Positions 17,798-26,719 of a DNA stretch of 50,097 bases are shown here, piece by piece (within the stretch, counting starts at the first letter, position 1; every line of letters begins with the position of its first letter). Position numbers and translations under genes: made by a program. Below the pieces are notes generated by a model. That model made no database searches and was not told the origin of the DNA. It saw only the letters and a program-made list of their open reading frames with translations. The DNA comes from an uncultured Eubacteriales bacterium (GTDB lineage Bacteria > Bacillota > Clostridia > Oscillospirales > CAJFTT01), in contig CASDVX010000099.1 in NCBI GenBank assembly GCA_949284545.1, positions 1 to 50,097 on the forward strand. Direction: 5' to 3'.

Positions 17798-18931
17798 ATG
17801 ATATATTTTGACAACAGCTCTACCACGGCGCCGTCTCAGGCGGCCATAGACGCCGTAAAGGGCATGCTTGTAAATTTTGGTAACCCGTCGTCACTCCACA
17901 GGCTCGGGGCGGCGGCCCAGACGGAGATGGACGAGGCCCGCGAGGCCGTGGCCGGCGCGGTGGGGGCCTCCCCGTCGGAGATATTTTTCACAAGCGGGGG
18001 CACGGAGGCAAACAACACCGCGATAACCGGAGGCGCGGCGGCGCGCCGGCGCAGGGGAAACAAGATAGTGATCACGGCCGTGGAGCATGATTCCGTGCTG
18101 ATGCCCGCCAAAAACTTGGAATCCGCCGGGTTTCGCGTGGAGACCGTCGCGCCCGGACAGGACGGGACGATTGATCCGTCGGCTTTTGAACGGGCGGTGG
18201 ACGGGGACACCGTGCTTGTATCCTGTATGATGGTGAATAACGAGACGGGAGCCGTTTTCCCCGTGGAAAAGCTCAGAGACATAGTCGTCAGGGCGGGCGC
18301 ACCGGCGCTGATACACGTGGACGCGGTGCAGGCGCTGGGCAAGCTGAGAATATCGGTACAGGATATCGGATGCGATATGATGACGCTTTCCGCCCATAAG
18401 ATACACGGCATAAAGGGCTGCGGGGCATTGTACGTAAAAAAAGGAGTGACGGTGCGTCCCTTCATGCTGGGCGGAGGTCAGGAAAGGGGCTTCAGAGCCG
18501 GCACCGAGGCCACGGCGGCCATAGCCGCGTTCGGAGCCGCGTGCAGGGAACTCAATCCGGCGGAGGACGCGGCAAAAATGCTGGAGGTCAAGGAAGAGCT
18601 CCTGCGCGGGCTTGCCGGGATACCTCAGGTAATAGTGAATTCGCCCGGGCTGTCGGCGCCGCACATAATAAACTTTTCCGTGCCGGGTTACCGCAGCGAG
18701 ACGCTGCTCCACGCCTTTGAGGCCCGGGACATATACGTATCGTCCGGGTCGGCGTGCAAAAAAGGGGCGCTGAGCCACGTGCTCATTGCACAGGGCCTTT
18801 CGAGGGAACGGGCGGACAGCGCGGTGAGAGTCAGCCTCTGCAGGGACAACACGCCGGATGAGGCGGCGCGCTTCATCGCCGCTCTTAAGGAGATAATATC
18901 GACGGTGGCGCATGTGAGGGCGAGGTCCTGA
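17798..18931 (+). CDS. Cysteine desulfurase (NifZ/IscS-like, ThiI partner)
   Basis: IYFDNSSTT, FTSGGTEANN, VNNETG, HVDAVQ, SAHKIHG (PLP Lys), SSGSAC (catalytic Cys). Confidence 0.95.
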   Translation: MIYFDNSSTTAPSQAAIDAVKGMLVNFGNPSSLHRLGAAAQTEMDEAREAVAGAVGASPSEIFFTSGGTEANNTAITGGAAARRRRGNKIVITAVEHDSVLMPAKNLESAGFRVETVAPGQDGTIDPSAFERAVDGDTVLVSCMMVNNETGAVFPVEKLRDIVVRAGAPALIHVDAVQALGKLRISVQDIGCDMMTLSAHKIHGIKGCGALYVKKGVTVRPFMLGGGQERGFRAGTEATAAIAAFGAACRELNPAEDAAKMLEVKEELLRGLAGIPQVIVNSPGLSAPHIINFSVPGYRSETLLHAFEARDIYVSSGSACKKGALSHVLIAQGLSRERADSAVRVSLCRDNTPDEAARFIAALKEIISTVAHVRARS

Positions 18932-18972
18932 AGGCGCTTTGCGGAACACAGCACATAGGAAAGAGCGAGGAT

Positions 18973-20151
18973 ATGAAAGAAGTAATACTGATAAAAAACG
19001 GCGAGCTCGCATTGAAGGGCCTCAACCGGAGCACCTTTGAAAACATGATGATGACGGATATACGCCGGCGAATAGAAAAATGCGGAAAATTTTCCGTTAC
19101 TTCGTCCCAGTCCACCGTGACGGTGTCTCCGGAAGACGGGTCGGCGGACATACGCTCGGCTTATGAGAACATCATGAGGGTTTTCGGTATAGCCGCGGTT
19201 TGTCGCTGCGCGGTGTGCGAAAAGGACATGGACAGCATATGCCGCACCGCTGAGGAATATTTGAAAGACAGGCTGACGAGGGCCGAAACATTCAAGGTGG
19301 AAGCCAAACGGGCGGACAAAAGGTTCCCGTTGAAGTCTCCGCAGATATGCGAAAACGCGGGAGAATACATACTGAACGCTTTCCCGGGCATAAGGGTGGA
19401 CGTGCATAATCCGGATGTTACAGTACACGTTGAGATAAGAGAAAGGGAAGCGTACATACACGCGGGCCTGGAGCCGGGCGCAGGAGGTATGCCGGCAGGC
19501 TCCAACGGCAGGGCGCTGTTGCTGCTGTCCGGCGGGATAGACTCGCCCGTAGCAGGGTGGATGATGGCAAAGCGCGGCGTAAGCATAACCGCCGTTCATT
19601 TCATGAGCCCGCCGTACACCGGCGAAAGGGCAAAGATGAAGGTCGAGAGTCTTTGCCGCAAGCTTGCCGGCTTCTGCGGCAGAGTGAGACTGTACGAGGT
19701 GGGTTTTACGGAGATACAGGAAAGGCTGCGCGACAGCTGTCCGGAGGAGATATTCACCGTGCTCATGAGAAGGCTCATGATGAAAGTTGCGTCGCAGATA
19801 GCAGAAAAGGCGCACTGCAAGGCGCTGATAACCGGCGAGAGCATAGGTCAGGTGGCCAGTCAGACCATGGACGCGCTGGTGTGTACGGACGCGGCGGTCT
19901 CCATGCCGGTTTTCAGACCGCTGATAGGTATGGACAAGGAAGAGATAGTGCGCATAGCCAGAAAGATAGATACTTTTGACACATCAATTCTCCCGTATGA
20001 GGATTGTTGCACGGTGTTCACGCCGAAGCATCCGAAGACCCGCCCCGTGCTTGCCGACGTTATAAGAGCCGAGGAAGAGGCGGGGGACTGGGCGCAGATG
20101 ATAATAGACGCGGCGGACGGAGCGGCCGTAGCGGAATACAGCTGCTTCTGA
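18973..20151 (+). CDS. thiI: tRNA 4-thiouridine synthase
   Basis: GELALKGLNR, THUMP region, PP-loop LLSGGIDSPVA, TGESIGQVASQT, PYEDCC. Confidence 0.97.
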   Translation: MKEVILIKNGELALKGLNRSTFENMMMTDIRRRIEKCGKFSVTSSQSTVTVSPEDGSADIRSAYENIMRVFGIAAVCRCAVCEKDMDSICRTAEEYLKDRLTRAETFKVEAKRADKRFPLKSPQICENAGEYILNAFPGIRVDVHNPDVTVHVEIREREAYIHAGLEPGAGGMPAGSNGRALLLLSGGIDSPVAGWMMAKRGVSITAVHFMSPPYTGERAKMKVESLCRKLAGFCGRVRLYEVGFTEIQERLRDSCPEEIFTVLMRRLMMKVASQIAEKAHCKALITGESIGQVASQTMDALVCTDAAVSMPVFRPLIGMDKEEIVRIARKIDTFDTSILPYEDCCTVFTPKHPKTRPVLADVIRAEEEAGDWAQMIIDAADGAAVAEYSCF

Positions 20152-20200
20152 TGTGCATGCGGAGCCGTGAGGCCTGAGACTGGAAAGGAGTGTTCGGCAG

Positions 20201-22924
20201 ATGTCGGTAGAATATACCATGAATATCGGACTTTTCGGAGTGCCGGGAGACGAAGCCCTGCTCACCGCGAAGGGAGACGGGCAGGACGGCGCCGATATCC
20301 GGGCGGAATCGGGCGAGATGGTGACCTCCGTGACCGTCACGGCCGAAGCGGAGACGGAAGATGAAGCCAAGCGGATATGCGGCGCGGCGGCGGACCGTCT
20401 TGAGGCTGCATACGGGCAGAAGGTGTTTACCAGGGAGTACGGGACGTTGTGGAACACGGCGGTGTCCGAATGCCTGAAAAACGGCTCGACTTTCGCTCTG
20501 GCGGAATCCTGCACCGGCGGACTTATATCGAAAATGGTGACCGATGTCCCGGGAGCGAGCGGCGCGTTCAAATTGGGGGTGGTGGCTTATCACCCGGAGG
20601 CCAAGCGGGACGTGCTGGGAGTGCATGAGGAAACGCTTGAGAAAAAAGGCGTTGTAAGCGCTGAGACCGCGGCGGAAATGGCCGAGGGAGTGAGGATGCG
20701 CGCAGGCAGCTCGCTGGGCATCGGAGTGACGGGCTTTGCAGGCCCGGGCGGCGGAGAGAAGAATGAGCAGGGAAAGGTTTTTATAAGCCTCAGCGACGGC
20801 AATACCGCGTATACTCGCCGTATCGACTTGCCGGGCGCATCCAGGGGCGCGGTCAGGCGCACGGCGACCCTCAACGCGCTTGACATGATAAGGCTTTACG
20901 CTCAGGGGCACCGGGAAGGGATAGGAACCCCGGTACAGGCCCCGTCCGTTGCGGGCGTCGTGGCAGGTAAAGCCGCATCCAAAAAAAAGCCGCCTCTTTA
21001 CAAACGTTTTATCGGCTTTTTCACGGAGTTCCCCAAAGACCCGGCGAAGGAAAAAATAAGGAAGCTCGTGTTGTGCGCTGCCATTGCCGTGATGTGCTAC
21101 GCGGGCTTTCAGCTGGCAAGCGGAGCGTATTTTTACCTGGCAAACAGCATGACCGAGGGGCACATAAGCAACCTTATAAATCAGGGTAACGACCTTACCG
21201 ATGACGAGAGAAACGATCTGATCGGCGAACTCGAGGGCGAGGGTGTGGACGTGCCCGACGAGATACAGAATTGGGCGCTGCTGCTTCTTAAAAACAACCC
21301 CGACCTTGTGGGGAGGGTACAGATAACCACATCCGACGGCAGCAAGCTTATAGATCAGGTTGTGGTTCAGGGAAGCGACAATGAGGAGTACCTCAAAAAA
21401 GACTTTTTCGGCAACTACAACACCATGGGATGCGTGTTCATGGATTCCAGATGCGATCCTGCCGGCGAAAGTATGAACACAATAATCTACGGCCATTCCA
21501 CAAAACGGGTGGATAAGATATTTAATGGGCTTCAGCAGTACAAGAGTCTTGATTTCCTCAACGAAAATCCGCTTATAACCTACAGCACTCTCACGGAGGA
21601 AAGTGTTTACAAGATATTTGCGGTTATGATAATAAATACCAACGAGGCTCAGGGGGAGACTTTTTCCGGGTGCTATTACACCGGCACGTCTGTTTTTTCC
21701 AATATGGAAGCCATACGGGACCGTTCCATGTACGACACGACCGTTACGGTCAACGCGGCCGACAAGATACTCACCCTGTCAACCTGCACCTTTGAGATGG
21801 ACGATCTGAGACTTGTGGTCATGGCCAGGAAGCTGCGGGAGGGCGAAAGCCTTGAGGTGGAGCCGGCGTCGAACAACCCGGATACCGTATACTTTGACGC
21901 ATGGTATAAGGAATACGATATCGATGGGCCTACGACTTCCGGCGGTACATCGTCCGAAGGTACAACTTCCGGCGGCGCGTCGTCCGGCGAGGTATCTTCC
22001 GGAGAAGAAGGAAGATTTGATCTGTTTGATATGTCCATATCCTGCAAGGCCGCCTCGTCTTCAGGCAACAGGACCAGCATTAAGGTGTACGTGCCGTATA
22101 TAACCGACTTTGATTTTGACTGCACCGTAGGCATAGCGGAAAAGCCGGAGAACGGCAGCATAAGCGTGCTTTCATCGGACAACACGGTGACATACAGTCC
22201 GAAAGTCGGTTTCTCCGGCGTGGATACGTTCGTGCTGTCCTTAAACGACAGCAGCGGCTTCAGATACGACACAGCCACGGTGACTGTATATGTGGGCGTG
22301 GAACAGCAGACGGGGGTTATCCTCAACAAGGAAAGCATAAGCCTGTCAGTGTCCGCAGGAGCCACCGGCACGTGCCAGATATCTGCGTCGTCCGTGTCGG
22401 GCGGGGACCTGCAATATATACTTGTGGAGGGCGAAGGACTTTATTCCGGTACAGCATCCGTGGACGAAACCGGTAAAGTAACGTATACATCCACGTCAGA
22501 CGAGCGGTGGGCGGATACGGTAAAGGTAGCCATAGTTGACGAAACCGGTTCCGCGAGGGTGGCGGTGATAAACGTAAACAGCGGCCGTCCGTTTGAAACC
22601 GACCAGCACCCGGAAACCAGCAGACCGGACGCATCCGAGCCGGAAGATGAACCTGCGTCGTCCACGGTTTCCGGCAGCGGGACGTCTTCAGGCTCACAGA
22701 CTGTCGTTTCCGATGTCACACCTGAAGGCACGTCGTCGGAAACAGAGACCGATCCCGATGAGACCTCCTCCGGTACGGAGTCCGGCGGCGAAACATCCGT
22801 TACCGTCTCCGAAGATCAGCCGGAGATAACGTCGTCGGTGTCGTCTTCGGATCAGGCGCCGGAGGATACGTCCTCCTATCAAAGCACGGAGCCCGGCGCG
22901 TCACAGGCGTCGTCAGTTTCGTGA
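20201..22924 (+). CDS. Fusion protein: CinA/PncC (NMN deamidase-like) domain, TM helix, class B sortase, two Ig/cadherin-like repeats, acidic Ser/Thr tail
   Basis: AESCTGG, YHPEAK, GVTGFAGPGGG (CinA C-terminal domain); TM LVLCAAIAVMCYAGF; sortase B NTIIYGH, LTLSTC, RLVVMAR; VTYSPKVGFSGVDTF (cadherin-like). Confidence 0.88.
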   Translation: MSVEYTMNIGLFGVPGDEALLTAKGDGQDGADIRAESGEMVTSVTVTAEAETEDEAKRICGAAADRLEAAYGQKVFTREYGTLWNTAVSECLKNGSTFALAESCTGGLISKMVTDVPGASGAFKLGVVAYHPEAKRDVLGVHEETLEKKGVVSAETAAEMAEGVRMRAGSSLGIGVTGFAGPGGGEKNEQGKVFISLSDGNTAYTRRIDLPGASRGAVRRTATLNALDMIRLYAQGHREGIGTPVQAPSVAGVVAGKAASKKKPPLYKRFIGFFTEFPKDPAKEKIRKLVLCAAIAVMCYAGFQLASGAYFYLANSMTEGHISNLINQGNDLTDDERNDLIGELEGEGVDVPDEIQNWALLLLKNNPDLVGRVQITTSDGSKLIDQVVVQGSDNEEYLKKDFFGNYNTMGCVFMDSRCDPAGESMNTIIYGHSTKRVDKIFNGLQQYKSLDFLNENPLITYSTLTEESVYKIFAVMIINTNEAQGETFSGCYYTGTSVFSNMEAIRDRSMYDTTVTVNAADKILTLSTCTFEMDDLRLVVMARKLREGESLEVEPASNNPDTVYFDAWYKEYDIDGPTTSGGTSSEGTTSGGASSGEVSSGEEGRFDLFDMSISCKAASSSGNRTSIKVYVPYITDFDFDCTVGIAEKPENGSISVLSSDNTVTYSPKVGFSGVDTFVLSLNDSSGFRYDTATVTVYVGVEQQTGVILNKESISLSVSAGATGTCQISASSVSGGDLQYILVEGEGLYSGTASVDETGKVTYTSTSDERWADTVKVAIVDETGSARVAVINVNSGRPFETDQHPETSRPDASEPEDEPASSTVSGSGTSSGSQTVVSDVTPEGTSSETETDPDETSSGTESGGETSVTVSEDQPEITSSVSSSDQAPEDTSSYQSTEPGASQASSVS

Positions 22925-23027
22925 AACCGGGTTTACCAAACGAACCCGCGCGGCTTTTGCATGGGGTCAGCCGAAAACAGACCCCGGGGAGTTGTGGCTT
23001 TTTAAAGAGAAAGGAAATGATGTAAAT

Positions 23028-25169
23028 ATGGCGTCACCCGGACATGGCGTGAGAGCGTTGAGCGCGTGTCTGGCAGCGGCGGTCATGGTAACCGTGACCG
23101 CGTCGTGCAGCCTTAACGCGGGAGGGATATTCGCCGGGATATTCGGCGTGGATACCGGAAGTTCACAGGACGGGGAGGATTTTGTGCAGGGTTCGCACAA
23201 TTCCTCGGAGCAGTCTGTCCAGATACCGGACGACGCGGTGGGGCTTGACAGCGACCTGTCGTCTCAGGAGGATATATCGGACCCGTCGGTGCCGCTGAAC
23301 GATGTGGAATTCAAATACGACAAGGCGTACATAGAACTCGGCGCGGCGACGCGTTTAAGATATACTCCCGTGCCTATAGACGGGAACACGTCGGATCTCA
23401 AATGGGTATCATCGGCTCCTGAGATCATATCCGTGTCTAACCGCGGCAAAATAACCGCCAACTCCGGAGGAGTGGCTACCATAACGGTGTATTCCGAAAC
23501 CTATGAAGTCATGAGCACATGCCTTATCTACGTAAGGGGCGAGGCTGAAGAACCCAATGAGTCCATAGAGGGTGAGGACGGCGAAAGCGGACTGATTGCT
23601 CCGCCGTCCGGCGACGGGGAAACAGTGCCTCCCGACGGTTCAGGCGGGACAAGCTCAGGCGGAACCAGCTCAGGCGGGACAAGCTCAAGCGGAACCAGCT
23701 CGGGTGGGACAAGCTCGGGCGGAACCAGCTCGGGCGGAACCAGCTCGGGCGGGACAAGCTCGGGCGGGACAAGCTCAAGCGGAACAAGCTCAGGCGGGAC
23801 AAGCTCGGGTGGAACCAGCTCAGGCGGGACAAGCTCAGGTGGAACCAGCTCGGGTGGAACCAGCTCAGGTGGTACAAGCTCGGGCGGAACCAGCTCAGGC
23901 GGAACCAGCTCAGGTGGAACCAGCTCAGGCGGGACAAGCTCGGGCGGAACCAGCTCAGGCGGGACAAGCTCAAGCGGAACCAGCTCGGGCGGAACCGGCT
24001 CAGGCGGAGTGAGCTCGGGAATAGTGGACAGCAACGATGAGGACGACGATTACGATTTTGATAATACAAAGCTGCTAAACAGCCTGATAAGGGTAAAACA
24101 GCCGGACGGCACGTTTGTGGTATCCAGCATACTTGAATTTGTGGCATTTCACACAGGCCGCGAGATCAGCAGTCAGTTCAGCGACGAGGCCATACGCGCC
24201 CAGGCGGTGACGGTGTACACATACTATATCTGCTATAATATGATAAACGGCGCCACGTACGCAACAAGCGAACACAGGGAACTGCCCATCGACCCGGAAA
24301 CCGGCAGAGTGGTGTTTGACTCGGTGTACAATAAGTTCCCGCAGCGTGACGGCAGCTTTGACAGGCTCATGAGCCTGTGCGCGTCGGTAATAGGACAGAC
24401 GGTGCTTTACAACAATAAACCCATATGCGCGGTGTTTTCCGCGATGAACAGGGGAGCGTCCCAGTGCAACTCGCCCTATTGGAGCAGCTACGTGTACCCA
24501 TATCTGATAAGAGTGGACAGCCCGTGGGACAAGGACGCGCCGGATTACGAGACGACAAAGACTCTGTCGAAAGCCGATGTGCAGCGTATACTGACGGGAA
24601 TATCCCCGTCGCTGGTGCTGCCCACGGACCCGTCGGAGTGGTTTGACGAGATAGAGAGGGATGTGCCGGACGAGGGTTACGTGCTGTATGTTACCATAGG
24701 CGAAAGCTCAATCAAGGGCAGTACGCTCCGCAGCAAGCTGGGGCTTCGTTCCAACTGCTTCTTCGTTGAGTACGACGAGGATACGGAAATGTTCACGTTC
24801 ACTGTTCACGGCTACGGCCACGGGATAGGGATGAGCCAGTGGGGAGCCCAGGGAATGGCGGAAGAAGGATATACGTACGTTACCATACTGCGCCACTACT
24901 ATCAGGGCACTTATGTGGGTTACTATGAACCGTACCTTTATTCAGGCAGCATCGAAGAAAATATAGCGTCTTCAGCGCCTTCCGAGAGCGGCACGGAGTC
25001 CCGCGGTGAAGAGTCACAGGAGGCGACCGATCCTCAGGAGAGCACAGCATATTCCGACAGCGGAATTCAGGTGTCGGGCGAAAACGCATCAGAAAGAGAA
25101 AAGAACACATTGTCCGGAGTTCAGGAGGATGTTACCGCGGACGGTGTGACCCGCGAGCCGGACGAATGA
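23028..25169 (+). CDS. SpoIID/LytB-domain lipoprotein with an Ig-like domain and an (SGGTS)n linker
   Basis: Lipobox-like VTASC; Ig-like LKWVSSAPEIISVSNRGKITA; SpoIID motifs EAIRAQAV..YTY and GYGHGIGMSQWGAQGMA..GY.Y..ILRHYY. Confidence 0.88.
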   Translation: MASPGHGVRALSACLAAAVMVTVTASCSLNAGGIFAGIFGVDTGSSQDGEDFVQGSHNSSEQSVQIPDDAVGLDSDLSSQEDISDPSVPLNDVEFKYDKAYIELGAATRLRYTPVPIDGNTSDLKWVSSAPEIISVSNRGKITANSGGVATITVYSETYEVMSTCLIYVRGEAEEPNESIEGEDGESGLIAPPSGDGETVPPDGSGGTSSGGTSSGGTSSSGTSSGGTSSGGTSSGGTSSGGTSSGGTSSSGTSSGGTSSGGTSSGGTSSGGTSSGGTSSGGTSSGGTSSGGTSSGGTSSGGTSSGGTSSGGTSSSGTSSGGTGSGGVSSGIVDSNDEDDDYDFDNTKLLNSLIRVKQPDGTFVVSSILEFVAFHTGREISSQFSDEAIRAQAVTVYTYYICYNMINGATYATSEHRELPIDPETGRVVFDSVYNKFPQRDGSFDRLMSLCASVIGQTVLYNNKPICAVFSAMNRGASQCNSPYWSSYVYPYLIRVDSPWDKDAPDYETTKTLSKADVQRILTGISPSLVLPTDPSEWFDEIERDVPDEGYVLYVTIGESSIKGSTLRSKLGLRSNCFFVEYDEDTEMFTFTVHGYGHGIGMSQWGAQGMAEEGYTYVTILRHYYQGTYVGYYEPYLYSGSIEENIASSAPSESGTESRGEESQEATDPQESTAYSDSGIQVSGENASEREKNTLSGVQEDVTADGVTREPDE
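23640..24014 (+). repeat. Intragenic 15-bp tandem repeat, about 25 copies, encoding (S-G/S-G-T-S)n
   Basis: Units such as TCAGGCGGGACAAGC and TCGGGCGGAACCAGC; 24 units at 23640-23999 plus one degenerate SGGVS unit. Confidence 0.97.
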
Positions 25170-25197
25170 CGCGGGAGATTTGGAGGTCAGTGTTCCG

Positions 25198-26226
25198 ATG
25201 ACGGACGGAAAGATCCTGATTTTAGGGATTGAGAGCTCCTGCGACGATACCGCGGCGGCGGTCGTTGCCGACGGCAGGGAGATACTGTCGTCGGCGGCGT
25301 CGTCTCAGACGGAGCTTCATGAAAAATATGGCGGGGTGGTGCCGGAGATAGCATCCAGACGGCACGCAGAAACCATTGACGCAGTGGTGAAGGATGCGCT
25401 GGACAAGGCCGGTAAGGATATTTCACAGCTGGACGCGATCGCCGTCACGGCAGCCCCCGGCCTTATAGGTTCGCTGTTGGTGGGGGTAAGCTATGCCAAA
25501 GGAATGGCATATGTTTCCGGGAAACCGCTGGTACCGGTACACCACATACGCTCTCACATAGCGTCCAACTATCCCGCGCACCCGGATCTCGAGCCGCCGT
25601 TTTTGTGCCTTGTGGCCTCCGGGGGTCACAGCCACATAGTGCTGGTGAAAGGCTATACCGATTTTGAGGTGATAGGGCGCACCCGGGACGACGCAGCCGG
25701 AGAATGCTTTGACAAAACCGCGAGGGTGCTGGGATATCCGTACCCGGGGGGAATATATATAGACAGGGCGGCATCCCGCGGGAACCCGCACGCATTTGAG
25801 TTTCCAAAATGCAGGATAGAGGGGGCGCCGCTGGATTTTTCATTTTCAGGCCTCAAAACTGCCGTGATAAACACGGTGCACCGCCTGAAACAGGCGGGAT
25901 CTCCTATACCTGCGGAAGACATAGCCGCGTGCGTGCAGCACACTATAGCGGACACGCTCACAAGCCATCTTGAGACCGCGGCGGAGATGTGCGGATGTGT
26001 GAAAATAGCTATTGCAGGGGGAGTGGCCGCCAACAGCGGGCTGAGACAGTACGCCGGTAAAATGTGCGAAAAGCACGGATACAGGCTGTTTTTGCCGCCC
26101 GTGTCCCTATGCGGGGACAACGGGGCAATGGTCGCCTCTCAGGGTTTTTACGAGTTTGAGGCGGGGGTGCGGGCAGGGCTTGATCTCAACGCGCGCGCTA
26201 CTATGGAGATATCGGACGCGTTCTGA
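25198..26226 (+). CDS. tsaD: tRNA N6-adenosine threonylcarbamoyltransferase
   Basis: ILGIESSCDDT, GGVVPEIASRRH, HHIRSH, SGGHS, TRDDAAGECFDK, CGDNGAMV. Confidence 0.97.
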   Translation: MTDGKILILGIESSCDDTAAAVVADGREILSSAASSQTELHEKYGGVVPEIASRRHAETIDAVVKDALDKAGKDISQLDAIAVTAAPGLIGSLLVGVSYAKGMAYVSGKPLVPVHHIRSHIASNYPAHPDLEPPFLCLVASGGHSHIVLVKGYTDFEVIGRTRDDAAGECFDKTARVLGYPYPGGIYIDRAASRGNPHAFEFPKCRIEGAPLDFSFSGLKTAVINTVHRLKQAGSPIPAEDIAACVQHTIADTLTSHLETAAEMCGCVKIAIAGGVAANSGLRQYAGKMCEKHGYRLFLPPVSLCGDNGAMVASQGFYEFEAGVRAGLDLNARATMEISDAF

Positions 26227-26266
26227 TACCTGCGGGGAAATGCGGCGCACAGAGGAGAAAAGAAAT

Positions 26267-26719
26267 ATGCGGATAATGGCTGTTGACTACGGAGCCGTAC
26301 GCACGGGGATTGCCGTGTGCGACGAGGCGGAGATGCTGGCGTCTCCCGTGGAGGTTATAACCGAGTACCATGAAGAGAAGCTTTGCGGCCGCATAGCAGA
26401 GGAGGCAAAAAAGCTCCGGGCGGCGCATATAGTCATGGGACTGCCGAAAAATATGGACGGGAGCGAAGGAGAGAGCGCGGCGAAGGTCAGGAGGCTTGCG
26501 GACAAGGTCCGGACCGAGACAGTCCTGGAGGTCAGCCTGTGGGACGAACGCCGCACCACCGTGGAAGCTCATGGTATACTGTCCGCAAACGATGTCCGCG
26601 GCGGAAAGAGGAAGAAAGTCGTGGACAGCGTGGCAGCGGCGGTCATTCTCGAGGGCTTTTTGATGAGCCGGAGAAATAAACGGTCGGCTGAAAACGCCGG
26701 TAAGGAGAAAAATTTATGA
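26267..26719 (+). CDS. ruvX: YqgF/RuvX family nuclease
   Basis: MRIMAVDYGAVRTGIA, GLPKNMDG, WDERRTT, VDSVAAAVIL. Confidence 0.95.
   Translation: MRIMAVDYGAVRTGIAVCDEAEMLASPVEVITEYHEEKLCGRIAEEAKKLRAAHIVMGLPKNMDGSEGESAAKVRRLADKVRTETVLEVSLWDERRTTVEAHGILSANDVRGGKRKKVVDSVAAAVILEGFLMSRRNKRSAENAGKEKNL

Noticed and set aside
17891-21496. Long minus-strand ORFs (373, 375, 478 aa) opposite the desulfurase, thiI and the CinA fusion
   Set aside because: No recognisable domains; almost entirely overlap well-supported plus-strand genes
23524-24147. (PPELV)n, (AQAEP)n and (RLSWF)n ORFs, and the possibility of a CRISPR array
   Set aside because: Alternative frames of the 15-bp repeat; variation is mostly synonymous in the SGGTS frame; no unique spacers and no cas genes
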